This document shows, in pieces, positions 30,012 through 38,652 of a stretch of 64,000 nucleotides of DNA (positions within the stretch are counted from its first letter, which is position 1; every line of letters begins with the position of its first letter). The notes below the pieces were generated by a model that was not told the origin of the DNA, did not search any database, and saw nothing but the letters and a program-made list of their open reading frames with translations. The position numbers and the translations under genes were made by a program. The stretch covers positions 32,001-96,000 of the forward strand of contig JBDKFG010000006.1 of NCBI GenBank assembly GCA_039798785.1, read 5' to 3'. The stretch comes from Verrucomicrobiota bacterium (lineage in GTDB: Bacteria; Verrucomicrobiota; Lentisphaeria; Lentisphaerales; Lentisphaeraceae).

Positions 30012-30715
30012 GCCATGTCATGAATGCCGCAGCCTTCATCCTCACGGTCGCAGCCCTCATCATGAGTGTGGCGGCCAGGCGCAACCCGGCGAGCAAGGCC
30101 AGGTTTATGCGGGCGCCTTCAGCCATCCTGGCCATCCTCTTCGGTGCATCGGGACTGCTCGTCAGCAGCGGCGCAAGACTGCAGGATGGATGCGATCTGG
30201 ATTCAGCCCGCGCACGTGCCGAATTCATCGTCCGCACAGCCCAATCGGAAGCCGCCTTGAAATCCTTGTCGGGACAGCGTCTGATCCTGATAACTGGACA
30301 GCCCCCCGAAGACGCCCAGCCCAACAAGGAATTCCAAATCAGTCTTGAGGAAGTCATGAAAGGCCTTGCCGGATGGAAAATCGAGGTGATTAAAATCCCC
30401 AGCGGATTCTCCGCCTTCAAATCGGCAGAGCTCGAAAAGCGCTTGAGCGGCAAAGAATGGGACGTCCTTGTCAGTTTCATCGGACTTCCGCAAGACCTGG
30501 ACTGCATGGCTGCCGGCGATCTGGGCGAACTTTGCGCCAAGCGGGTCGTCATTGTCGGATCAGGATCGATAGAGGATGTCGACAAAGCCCTGGAATTAAA
30601 GCTCTTTGACCGGGCCCTCGCGCCCGATTCGGTCCGGAACCGCAATTACGGCACCTGCCTTGATTGGAAAGGAAGAAACCAAGTCGTGGACATCCGCGGC
30701 CAGAGGTCGCCTTGA
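30008..30715 (+). CDS. Hypothetical membrane protein (two N-terminal TM segments plus alpha/beta domain)
   Basis: ATG 30008 overlaps the upstream stop; same overall architecture as 27704..28396. Confidence 0.7.
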   Translation: MSHVMNAAAFILTVAALIMSVAARRNPASKARFMRAPSAILAILFGASGLLVSSGARLQDGCDLDSARARAEFIVRTAQSEAALKSLSGQRLILITGQPPEDAQPNKEFQISLEEVMKGLAGWKIEVIKIPSGFSAFKSAELEKRLSGKEWDVLVSFIGLPQDLDCMAAGDLGELCAKRVVIVGSGSIEDVDKALELKLFDRALAPDSVRNRNYGTCLDWKGRNQVVDIRGQRSP

Positions 30716-30858
30716 GAATGCGCCGCTCACCGACGCCGGCGGTTGCAAACGCAAGGAATAGGGACATCATTTGATGCAGCATCATCTTGCCAATCATAAA
30801 AATCTGCTTCTAATTTCAAATGCATCCTATACGATCTTCCTGTCTTTTGGAGTCCGAA

Positions 30859-31740
30859 ATGAAAAGCCAATTCAAGCCCGAGGGTTTTGCTGGGCAGAAA
30901 TTACTTCGGCTCGGCAAGGCGCAACAATCATGGTGCCGGCAGGATGCGGCGTCGTCGCAGCTCTTCGTCACCGACATTGGCTTCTACCCGCAGGCGGAAC
31001 GGCATCGCGTCGACCGGCCTGACGGGGCTGCCGGCTGCGTCTTGATCCTCTGCACCCGTGGCCGCGGCTGGGTTGATACGGGAGGAGGCGAGAAGGAGGT
31101 GAAGGCCGGAGAGTTCTTCTTCATTCCCGCTCGACGGCGGCATGGCTACGGCACTTGTGCGGACAGCTATTGGAGCAAGTACTGGGTCCACTTCGAAGGC
31201 GAGATGGCGACGGAGATGGCGGCGCAGCTGGACGACGCGACGGAGTCGCCGCAGCTGGCTCCCGAGCCGGCACCCTGCGTCGCCCTGTTCGAGGAGATGA
31301 TCTCGATCCTCGAGGCGGGGCCCCTGCAGGTGAATCTGTCGCGGATCAATTTCCGTCTCTGGCACCTGCTCAGCCTCTTTATACACCGCGAGGTGGCGGC
31401 GAACCGACTTGAGGGCGGTGCGGCTGCGATTGAGAGTTGTCTGCATTTTCTCCGCACCCACGTCGGCCAGCGCCTCAGTCTTGAGGCGATGGCGTCGCAT
31501 GCCGGTCTTTCTCCCAGCCGCTTCTCGGCGCTTTTCCGGCAGCGGACTGGCACTTCGCCGCTTGATTTCCATATCCAGCTGAAGATGCAGGAAGCCTGCC
31601 GGCAGCTGGTGCTCGGACGGGGGCGGATCCAGGACGTCGCCGCTTCCCTCGGCTATGACAACCCGTATTATTTCTCGCGCCTTTTCCGCCAAGTGGTCGG
31701 CCACTCGCCGCGCCAGTACCGCGAACGATTCCAAGCTTGA
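30859..31740 (+). CDS. AraC family transcriptional regulator
   Basis: Cupin N-domain (YWVHFEG) and C-terminal HTH (FSALFRQRTG, LGYDNPYYFSRLFRQVVG). Confidence 0.93.
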   Translation: MKSQFKPEGFAGQKLLRLGKAQQSWCRQDAASSQLFVTDIGFYPQAERHRVDRPDGAAGCVLILCTRGRGWVDTGGGEKEVKAGEFFFIPARRRHGYGTCADSYWSKYWVHFEGEMATEMAAQLDDATESPQLAPEPAPCVALFEEMISILEAGPLQVNLSRINFRLWHLLSLFIHREVAANRLEGGAAAIESCLHFLRTHVGQRLSLEAMASHAGLSPSRFSALFRQRTGTSPLDFHIQLKMQEACRQLVLGRGRIQDVAASLGYDNPYYFSRLFRQVVGHSPRQYRERFQA

Positions 31741-31758
31741 CGCGACCCTGCCTCAATC

Positions 31759-31817
31759 TGGGTCTGCGCCGATGCGGCTTGACCCTGGGCTACCATGTAC
31801 GACCCGCAAGAGGTCGA
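31759..31817. repeat. REP-like element (ACCCTGGGCT family)
   Basis: GACCCTGGGCTACCATGT..GACCCGCAAG.GGTC is nearly identical to 63537-63571. Confidence 0.75.
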
Positions 31818-31896
31818 GCAACTGAAAGAATTGTGGAGCGCTGCACTATCTCCCCTCGGATCAATCTCTGTCGCCGACGGAGACGGCGAAACCGCA

Positions 31897-33303
31897 TCAA
31901 TCCTCCTCCTTGCTCGCTCCTCGTGCCGCCAGAGCGCGTTCGCGGGTGGCCGCGAGATCCAGGACTGGCCAGGGATAGGACTGGCCTAGACTGACCCCAG
32001 CGGCGGAACAGAGCAGCGGCTGCTGCCAGGGAGCATGCAGGATCTTGCTGGGGAGAGATCGGATCTCCGGCACCCAGCGGCGGATGTAGAGTCCTTCGGG
32101 ATCGAAACGCTGCGACTGAAGCACCGGATTGAAGATGCGGAAATAGGGCGCGGCATCGGCGCCGCAACCCGCCACCCATTGCCAGCCCAGAGTGTTGTTG
32201 GCGAGATCCGCGTCCACCAGATTGTCCCAGAACCAGGCGGCGCCGCGGCGCCAGTCCTGGAGTCCGTTTTTGACCAAGAGGGAGGCGGCAATCATCCGCA
32301 CCCGGTTGTGCATCAGGCCGGTCTGGCGCAACTCGCGCATGCCGGCATCGACGATCGGGAAGCCGGTGCGGCCCTGGCGCCAGGCCTTGAGCAGTGAAGA
32401 GTCATCAGGCAGCCAGGGGAAGTCGAGCCAGTCGGAACGCCATTCCCGGTGCGGCGTCTCGGGAAAGGCCCAGAGGAGATGGAAGGCGAATTCCCGCCAC
32501 AGGATCTGACGGACGAAGGGGGCGGCGCTTTTCGAGCTGGCCTCAGCCCGGGAGATCACCTGACGGGGTGAGATTTCGCCGAAGTGAAGAGGCGCACTGA
32601 GTCGGGAGACACCGTCGACGGCGGGCAGGTCGCGATCCGCAGAGTAGTCTTCGATGCCATCGCGGCAGAACTCCTCCAGTCGCGCCATCGCCCCAGCCTC
32701 GCCGGGACGATGCAACTTGGAGAACCCATCGGCCCAGTCGCGGCTCGGCAGAAGCTGCAGATCTTCCAGTGGCAGCGATTCCGGCCAGCTTGCCGGAGGG
32801 GGCAGCGAAGAAGGTTGCGGCAAGGGCGGCGGCAGGCTCGGCAAGAGGCTGGCCGCAAGGCGGGAGAAAGGAGTGAAGACCTTGTAAGGCTGGCCCTGGC
32901 CGTTAAGCATATCCTTCGGTTCGAAGAGGCTTCGGGTGGAGAGCTCTTGAACCTCGATTCCCGCTGCGCGGAGGCGTTCCGCGAGGGCCCGGTCGAAAAC
33001 CCGCGCCGCAGGTTCGAAGCGGCGTCCGAAGATCACCCTCCTAGGCCTCAGGCTGAGGATCTCTGCCAGGGTGTCGCCGCGGCGGATCAGCAGGCTCGAG
33101 CCCATCTTCTCGAGGCTGCGTCGGTGCTCAAGCAAGGAATGATGCAGCCACCAGCGCCCGGCGCCCCCCGGGAGCCAGTCGCCCCAGGCGGCGCGGTCCC
33201 AGACGAAGAGCGGGAGCACCGCATCGCCACGACGCGCAGCCAAATCATAAAGAGGGTTGTCGTTCAGGCGCAACTCTTCTCTCAGCAGGACAACAGTATT
33301 CAT
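31897..33303 (-). CDS. phrB: Deoxyribodipyrimidine photolyase (class I CPD)
   Basis: LRLNDNP, YKVFTPF, SRLSAPLHFGEISP, GRTGFPIVDAGMREL, MHNRVRM, GWQWVAG, YFRIFNP. Confidence 0.95.
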   Translation of the reverse strand: MNTVVLLREELRLNDNPLYDLAARRGDAVLPLFVWDRAAWGDWLPGGAGRWWLHHSLLEHRRSLEKMGSSLLIRRGDTLAEILSLRPRRVIFGRRFEPAARVFDRALAERLRAAGIEVQELSTRSLFEPKDMLNGQGQPYKVFTPFSRLAASLLPSLPPPLPQPSSLPPPASWPESLPLEDLQLLPSRDWADGFSKLHRPGEAGAMARLEEFCRDGIEDYSADRDLPAVDGVSRLSAPLHFGEISPRQVISRAEASSKSAAPFVRQILWREFAFHLLWAFPETPHREWRSDWLDFPWLPDDSSLLKAWRQGRTGFPIVDAGMRELRQTGLMHNRVRMIAASLLVKNGLQDWRRGAAWFWDNLVDADLANNTLGWQWVAGCGADAAPYFRIFNPVLQSQRFDPEGLYIRRWVPEIRSLPSKILHAPWQQPLLCSAAGVSLGQSYPWPVLDLAATRERALAARGASKEED

Positions 33304-33376
33304 GCCTTCTTCTCCGGTTCACAGAGAGAATACGCTGAATCCAGAGCCAGCTTACGATAATTTGGACGTGTATCAC

Positions 33377-33546
33377 CCTAGATTCCACACCTGAGCACGA
33401 AGCCCCGCGATCCCCTTGGGGTCAAATTTCATAACTGTCTCATTCCCAGGGTGTCGCCGATGCGGCTCAACCCTGGGCTAAAATCCCCGACTCCGTTGGA
33501 GTCAAGCACAAACTAAACCCCAAAATCTTCAGGTGTGGAATCTAGG
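33377..33546. mobile_element. MITE, 170 bp, perfect 18-bp terminal inverted repeats and 5-bp target-site duplication
   Basis: CCTAGATTCCACACCTGA (33377-94) and TCAGGTGTGGAATCTAGG (33529-46), flanked by ATCAC on both sides (33372-76, 33547-51). Confidence 0.88.
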
Positions 33547-33590
33547 ATCACATGTCACACCGAATTGAGCCTGGACTGAGATGCACTCAC

Positions 33591-33807
33591 CCTAAAAACC
33601 GCTGTTGAGCAACAGAACCGGGTTGAAAGGTTGAAAGGTTGCAATGCAAGGCATTGAACAACAAAAGTCAGCAACTATTTGACGCGGACAGGAGAGCTTT
33701 CCCATTAGAAGTCATTCCGACGGATCATCGAATGAGCTAAGCTATTGCTGTTGCAGCTAATCCTCCCAACCTTTCAACCATCCAACCTTGCAACTGCGGT
33801 TTTTAGG
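33591..33807. mobile_element. Second MITE, 217 bp, 17-bp terminal inverted repeats (1 mismatch)
   Basis: CCTAAAAACCGCTGTTG and CAACTGCGGTTTTTAGG; flanks CTCAC / TTCAC; internal inverted GGTTGAAA octamer tracts. Confidence 0.8.
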
Positions 33808-34054
33808 TTCACTCAAGCTGCTTTTCAGGGAGTCAGGGAGTCGAAACATCCCCGTACTCCCCAGCTCCCCAACTCCCTAAGCCGCGATCTCGAAATTCGA
33901 GTGAGAAAGGAGGAGGGGAGACGGGTCGATGCTTTTCGAACTCCGTCCGTTTCAGGCTCGCTTGATCGGAATCATCCAGCAGCATCCAGAGCCACTCATG
34001 TAAGGTCGGCCGCGATTCCTCGTAATAGACCCAGGAACGCAAGAGGAGTCCGTC

Positions 34055-34432
34055 GTGTACCCAGCCTTGATCAACTGCCTGCTCGCCGCCCTCTGGATTT
34101 TCAGCGGCCTTTGCTTTCTCCGTTCGCCGGCGGAAAGCGCCCGCCATCTGGGCTACGAGGGCTTGGGGCCACAGGCTCTGGTGGACGTCCGCGCGAGCAT
34201 CGGCGGCGTCTGCCTGGCCGCCGGGCTCGGCGCACTTGCCCTGGCCGCGTTCGGCCGTCTCGAGGCAGCGCTCTGGCTGCAAGCCGTGCTTCTCGGCGGT
34301 TATGCCGGCGGGCGCGCTATCGGACTCTTCCTGCTCAAGGGGGAGCCGAGACGGCATCGCCGCTGGCTGCTGGTTGAAATCGGACTTCTCCTCGTCGTCA
34401 TCAGCGCCATAATCTCTGGAGGCCCCCCATGA
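34055..34432 (+). CDS. DUF4345-like membrane protein
   Basis: Four hydrophobic segments; DVRASIGG, GRAIG, EIG; GAGGAG RBS before the GTG start. Confidence 0.7.
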   Translation: MYPALINCLLAALWIFSGLCFLRSPAESARHLGYEGLGPQALVDVRASIGGVCLAAGLGALALAAFGRLEAALWLQAVLLGGYAGGRAIGLFLLKGEPRRHRRWLLVEIGLLLVVISAIISGGPP

Positions 34433-34974
34433 AATCCCTTTTCACCGCTCTCTCGCTCTGCAGCCTTCTCTCTTGCAGCTCGGAGTCTCCTCTCTCCTCA
34501 CTCCCGCCGTCCCCGCCTCCGGGCGTATTCCCTGCTGTCGCCGGTGACGATCTCACCGGCGTTCCTCGCCAGTTCCCCGCGGCCTTCACGGCCCCCAAAA
34601 CCCTCGTCATCGTCGCCTTCCTGCATCGTCAGCAAGCCGATGTGGATGCCTGGTTCAGAGCGCTCGAAATCGAGATCCGCAAGGGCGGAGTCGAATACTT
34701 CGAGCTCCCCACCCTCCCTCCCATGGGAAGCCTGCGGGAATGGCTCCTCTACAAAGGGATGCAAAGCGGCATCCCCGATCCCTGGATGCGACAGCGGGTG
34801 GTCACCCTTCACCTCGATAAGTCCGCCTTCAAGCAGGCCCTCGGAATCTCGTGCGAAGACCATGTCAGCGTTTTTGTCGTCGGCCCGGGTGGACGACTGG
34901 CTGGCAGCGTCCAAGGTGCTCTGGATGAAACCCGACTCTCTCAAGTCAAAGCCTGGCTGCAAGGATCCCTCTGA
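34429..34974 (+). CDS. Lipoprotein with thioredoxin-like fold
   Basis: Lipobox LLSC; FPAVAGDDLTG...FP, VAF..QQADVDAW, GMQSGIP. Confidence 0.7.
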   Translation: MKSLFTALSLCSLLSCSSESPLSSLPPSPPPGVFPAVAGDDLTGVPRQFPAAFTAPKTLVIVAFLHRQQADVDAWFRALEIEIRKGGVEYFELPTLPPMGSLREWLLYKGMQSGIPDPWMRQRVVTLHLDKSAFKQALGISCEDHVSVFVVGPGGRLAGSVQGALDETRLSQVKAWLQGSL

Positions 34975-35918
34975 TGTTCGACTCGATCAAATGCTGGTTC
35001 GACACCCAGACCCAGGCGCCTGTCCGCGGCAATCCCGACCGCATCGACTGGCTCCGCGCCATCCCTTTCCTGGCCGTACATGCCGGCTGCCTGGGAGTGA
35101 TCTGGACCGGGGTCAGCCCGGTTGCGGTGGCGGTCTGCATCTTCCTCTACGTCCTGCGGATGTTCGCGATCACCGGCTTCTACCACCGCTACTTCTCGCA
35201 CCGGAGCTTCCGCACCAGCCGCCCTCTGGCCTTCCTCTTCGCCTTCATCGCTTGCTCCAGCGCCCAGAGGGGGCCGCTGTGGTGGGCGGCCCATCATCGC
35301 CATCACCACAAGGATTCCGACCAGCCCGAGGATGCTCATTCCCCGGCACGCCACGGCTTCTGGTGGAGCCATTGCGGCTGGTTCCTGGCACCCCGCCACT
35401 TCCCCACACGCCATGAGATTCTGCGCGATTTCAAAGAACATCGCGAGCTGCACTGGCTCAACCGCTTCGACATGCTGGCGCCGGTCCTGCTCGGGCTATC
35501 CTGCCTCGCCCTCGGCTGGATCCTCCAGCGCTGGGCCCCCGCCCTCGAAACCAGCCCGGCCCAAATGCTGGTCGTCGGCTTCGCCTTCTCCACCACCCTG
35601 CTCTACCACGGCACCTTCAGCATCAATTCCCTCTCCCACCTCTGGGGTAGCCGCCCCTACTCCACAGGCGATGACAGCCGCAATAACTTCCTCCTCGCCT
35701 TGATCACCCTCGGCGAAGGTTGGCATAACAACCACCACCGCTTCCCCGCCTACGCCAATCAGGGACACCGCTGGTGGCAGCTCGATCTCACCCTGATCGG
35801 ACTCCGCAGCCTAGCTCTCGTCGGCCTCGTCCGTGATCTCCGCATCCATCTCCATCGTCACGCCAAAAATGCCGAATCCCCAGCACCAAGCCCAGCCCTC
35901 GAAGCAGAACATAGCTAA
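34974..35918 (+). CDS. Acyl-CoA (delta-9-type) fatty acid desaturase
   Basis: His boxes HRYFSH, HHRHHH and GEGWHNNHH. Confidence 0.93.
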   Translation: MFDSIKCWFDTQTQAPVRGNPDRIDWLRAIPFLAVHAGCLGVIWTGVSPVAVAVCIFLYVLRMFAITGFYHRYFSHRSFRTSRPLAFLFAFIACSSAQRGPLWWAAHHRHHHKDSDQPEDAHSPARHGFWWSHCGWFLAPRHFPTRHEILRDFKEHRELHWLNRFDMLAPVLLGLSCLALGWILQRWAPALETSPAQMLVVGFAFSTTLLYHGTFSINSLSHLWGSRPYSTGDDSRNNFLLALITLGEGWHNNHHRFPAYANQGHRWWQLDLTLIGLRSLALVGLVRDLRIHLHRHAKNAESPAPSPALEAEHS

Positions 35919-35939
35919 TCCGCTCCAGCAAAGGATCCC

Positions 35940-35966
35940 AAGCCGCAGCTCTGCTGCGGCTTTTTT
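35940..35966 (+). terminator. Rho-independent terminator
   Basis: AAGCCGCAGC-TCT-GCTGCGGCTT followed by a T run. Confidence 0.85.
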
Positions 35967-35977
35967 AAATCCTTAAA

Positions 35978-36049
35978 ATTTTTGAGATTAAATCTCAAAA
36001 ATATCTTGACTGAGGTCGTGACTCCGCTATAATTGAGATAATATCTCAA
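35978..36049 (+). promoter_or_regulatory. Sigma70 promoter bracketed by two TTGAGAT-N3-ATCTCAA palindromic operators (Fur-like)
   Basis: -35 TTGACT at 36006-11 and -10 TATAAT at 36028-33; palindromes at 35978-36002 (12-1-12) and 36033-36049 (8-1-8). Confidence 0.82.
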
Positions 36050-36064
36050 AGTAAGGAGAGCGAC

Positions 36065-38644
36065 ATGAATCTGGTGCAAAAGATCGCCAAGCAACTTCGG
36101 CAGGAGGAAATCCTGAGGATGCCGCGGCTGAGAAAGATCTGCCCTTTGGTGCAAGCGACGATGAGCACCTTGGCCCTCAGCCAGGGGCTCTACGCTCAGG
36201 AGGGGCAGGTGACGGAGGCGGCGCCGCAGAATCAGCCCGCGACTGAGGGGGCGAGGCGGAATTTCAAGGTGCCGGCGCAGCCTCTGTCGTCGTCATTGGC
36301 GGAGATCGCCGCACAGGGCGAAGTGCAAGTGAAAACATCGGCCGAGCTGCTGTCCGGCAGAACAGCGCCGGCCCTCACGGGCAGTCACACGGTGGAAGAG
36401 GCCTTCCGGCTCGTCCTTGCCGCCAGCGGCCTGCAGATGGTGAAGGCCGACGGCGCCTACAGGCTGGAGAGGATCGAGGCCGGAGCGCTGGAGGAGGTCG
36501 AAGTCAGCGGCCACCTGATAGCGCCCCAAACTCTGGCGTCGCGGAAGTTCGAGGAGCCGCTGAAAAGCACCCAGACGGCCAACGTCATTGACAGCGAGGT
36601 GATCCAGCAGCAAGGAGTCAGCAGCGTCAAAGACGTCTTGCGCAACTCACCTGGCATCACCTTCCGCTCCGGCGAAGGCGGCGCGCCTCTCGGCGACAAT
36701 CTCTTCATCCGCGGCGCCTCGGCGACCAACGACGTCTTTGTCGATGGCTTCCGAAACAGCGGCGAGCAGAGCCGCGACGCCTACAACCTCGAGCAGGTGG
36801 AAGTCTTCAAAGGTCCCAACTCAGCCAACTTCGGCCGCGGCTCCTCCGGCGGCGCCATCAACCTGGTGACGAAAAAGGCGAAGCTTGAGGACTTCAGCAC
36901 CCTGAGCATCGGGGGCGGCTCGCACGAATACTGGCGAAACACCCTCGATTCGAACTGCATCCTCTCCGAGAAGAACGGCGGCGCGATCCGCCTCAACGCC
37001 ATGACAGCGCAAGCCGCCGTGCCCGATCGCGATCAGACCGAGAATGAATCCCTTGCCGTCAACCCCAGCCTCGCCTACGGCCTCGGCACCGCCACCCGCC
37101 TCAGCCTCGCCTACGAACACCTCCAGCAAGAGAGCCTGCCCGACAACGGCATCCCGACCCTCGCCTACGACAGCTACAGATCCCCCAACACCTCGACCAC
37201 GGCCCAGTCGAACAGCCGCCAGGGACGCCACGGCGTCGATCGCCGCAACTTCTACGGCTTCCCCCACCGCGATGAACAGAAGCTGGTCAGCGACAAGGTC
37301 GATTTCGGCATCGAACAGGACTTGGACGACGACTGGACCTTGAGCAACAACAGCTCCCTGCTCAACAGCCGCAACTTCGTCTGGGGCACCGTCACCCAAG
37401 GCCTCGGCAAGGGCAATCCCGCCAGCGGTGCGGTGACCGCAAACGACAGCGGCAGCGACCTGTCGATCGACGACAAGATCCGCGACACCGAAGTCCTCAC
37501 CCTGCAGAACAACAGCCTCCTCACTGGCAAGTTCGAGACAGGAGGCCTCAAGCATAGCGCGGTGACCGGGCTCGACCTCAGCTGGGAACGCTTCGAGCAG
37601 TTCGAGAACACCAGCGCGACCTATTCCCGCGACGGCGGCGCCAGCTTCCAGAACTCGACCTACACCGATCTCCACTCGCCGGACACCGCGTCGATCATCA
37701 CCAAAGGCGGCGGCCAGCGGACTGGCGGCAGTCAGCGCAGCCAGGCCGACGGCATCGGGCTCTACCTCGGCGACACCGTCGATCTGAATGAACAATGGTC
37801 GGTCAACGGCATGGGGCGCCTCGACTACTACAGCATCCGCCAGGAGGACGACCGCAAGCTCACGGCCGCCAACACCGACGGCCTCGGCAGCGACGAGCTT
37901 CTGCCGAGCTGGCGCAGCGGCCTCGCCTACAAGCCGGCGGAGAACGGCTCGATCTACTTCGGCATCGGCAACTCCCTCAGCCCCGCCAGTTCCAACGCCA
38001 CCAACGGCTACCTCTTTTCCAGCAGCGCCAGCAGCACCGCACGCTCCGATCTCGAGCCGATCGAGACCCGCAGCTGCGAGATCGGCACCAAGTGGGAATT
38101 CTTCGACCAGAAGCTCAACCTCTTCGCCGCCGTCTTCGAGAACGATGTCAAGAACAACCTCACCTTGGTCCCCGGCAGCAGCCCGGCCGAGTACCTGCAG
38201 ATCGGCAGTCAGACCACCCAGGGCCTAGAGCTCGGCGCCTCCGGCAAGATCAACGAAACGTGGACCCTCCTCGGCGGCTACGCCATCATGCGCAGCGAGA
38301 TCGACAGCCTGCAAGCGTATGAGGACGGCAATGAAGTGCCCTTCACTCCCGAGCAATCGGCCAGCCTGTGGACCCAACACCAGATCACCGACAAGTTCAG
38401 CTTCGGTCTCGGCGCCCAATACTCCGGCATGATGACCTATGACACCCGCGGCACCCAGGCCCCCGATGAGGCACGCTACATCCTCTACAACGCCATGGCT
38501 AATTATCAGTTCAATCAGAGCCTGTCCCTGCAACTCAACCTGAACAATCTGCTCGATGAAGACTACATCGCCGCCGGCGGCCCCAGCCGCGTCATCCCCG
38601 GCGCCGGACGCTCGGGCTTCCTCACTCTCACCTACAAATTCTGA
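36065..38644 (+). CDS. TonB-dependent siderophore receptor (Fiu/PiuA-like) with N-terminal STN domain
   Basis: STN segment FKVPAQPL; plug LRNSPGITF, IRG, EQVEVFKGP, GGAINLVTK; C-terminal LNLNNLLDEDY...TYKF. Confidence 0.93.
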   Translation: MNLVQKIAKQLRQEEILRMPRLRKICPLVQATMSTLALSQGLYAQEGQVTEAAPQNQPATEGARRNFKVPAQPLSSSLAEIAAQGEVQVKTSAELLSGRTAPALTGSHTVEEAFRLVLAASGLQMVKADGAYRLERIEAGALEEVEVSGHLIAPQTLASRKFEEPLKSTQTANVIDSEVIQQQGVSSVKDVLRNSPGITFRSGEGGAPLGDNLFIRGASATNDVFVDGFRNSGEQSRDAYNLEQVEVFKGPNSANFGRGSSGGAINLVTKKAKLEDFSTLSIGGGSHEYWRNTLDSNCILSEKNGGAIRLNAMTAQAAVPDRDQTENESLAVNPSLAYGLGTATRLSLAYEHLQQESLPDNGIPTLAYDSYRSPNTSTTAQSNSRQGRHGVDRRNFYGFPHRDEQKLVSDKVDFGIEQDLDDDWTLSNNSSLLNSRNFVWGTVTQGLGKGNPASGAVTANDSGSDLSIDDKIRDTEVLTLQNNSLLTGKFETGGLKHSAVTGLDLSWERFEQFENTSATYSRDGGASFQNSTYTDLHSPDTASIITKGGGQRTGGSQRSQADGIGLYLGDTVDLNEQWSVNGMGRLDYYSIRQEDDRKLTAANTDGLGSDELLPSWRSGLAYKPAENGSIYFGIGNSLSPASSNATNGYLFSSSASSTARSDLEPIETRSCEIGTKWEFFDQKLNLFAAVFENDVKNNLTLVPGSSPAEYLQIGSQTTQGLELGASGKINETWTLLGGYAIMRSEIDSLQAYEDGNEVPFTPEQSASLWTQHQITDKFSFGLGAQYSGMMTYDTRGTQAPDEARYILYNAMANYQFNQSLSLQLNLNNLLDEDYIAAGGPSRVIPGAGRSGFLTLTYKF

Positions 38645-38652
38645 GCCCCGCC

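Noticed and set aside
33420..33446. GGTCAAAT (and ATTTGACG at 33677 and near 11351) as further copies of the regulon motif
   Set aside because: Mismatch in the first box and no GCATT at 14-nt spacing.
33745..34377. ORFs 33745-34377 (+) and 33833-34357 (-) as a MITE-associated transposase
   Set aside because: No DDE or HUH motifs; they overlap the DUF4345-like gene and repeat sequence.
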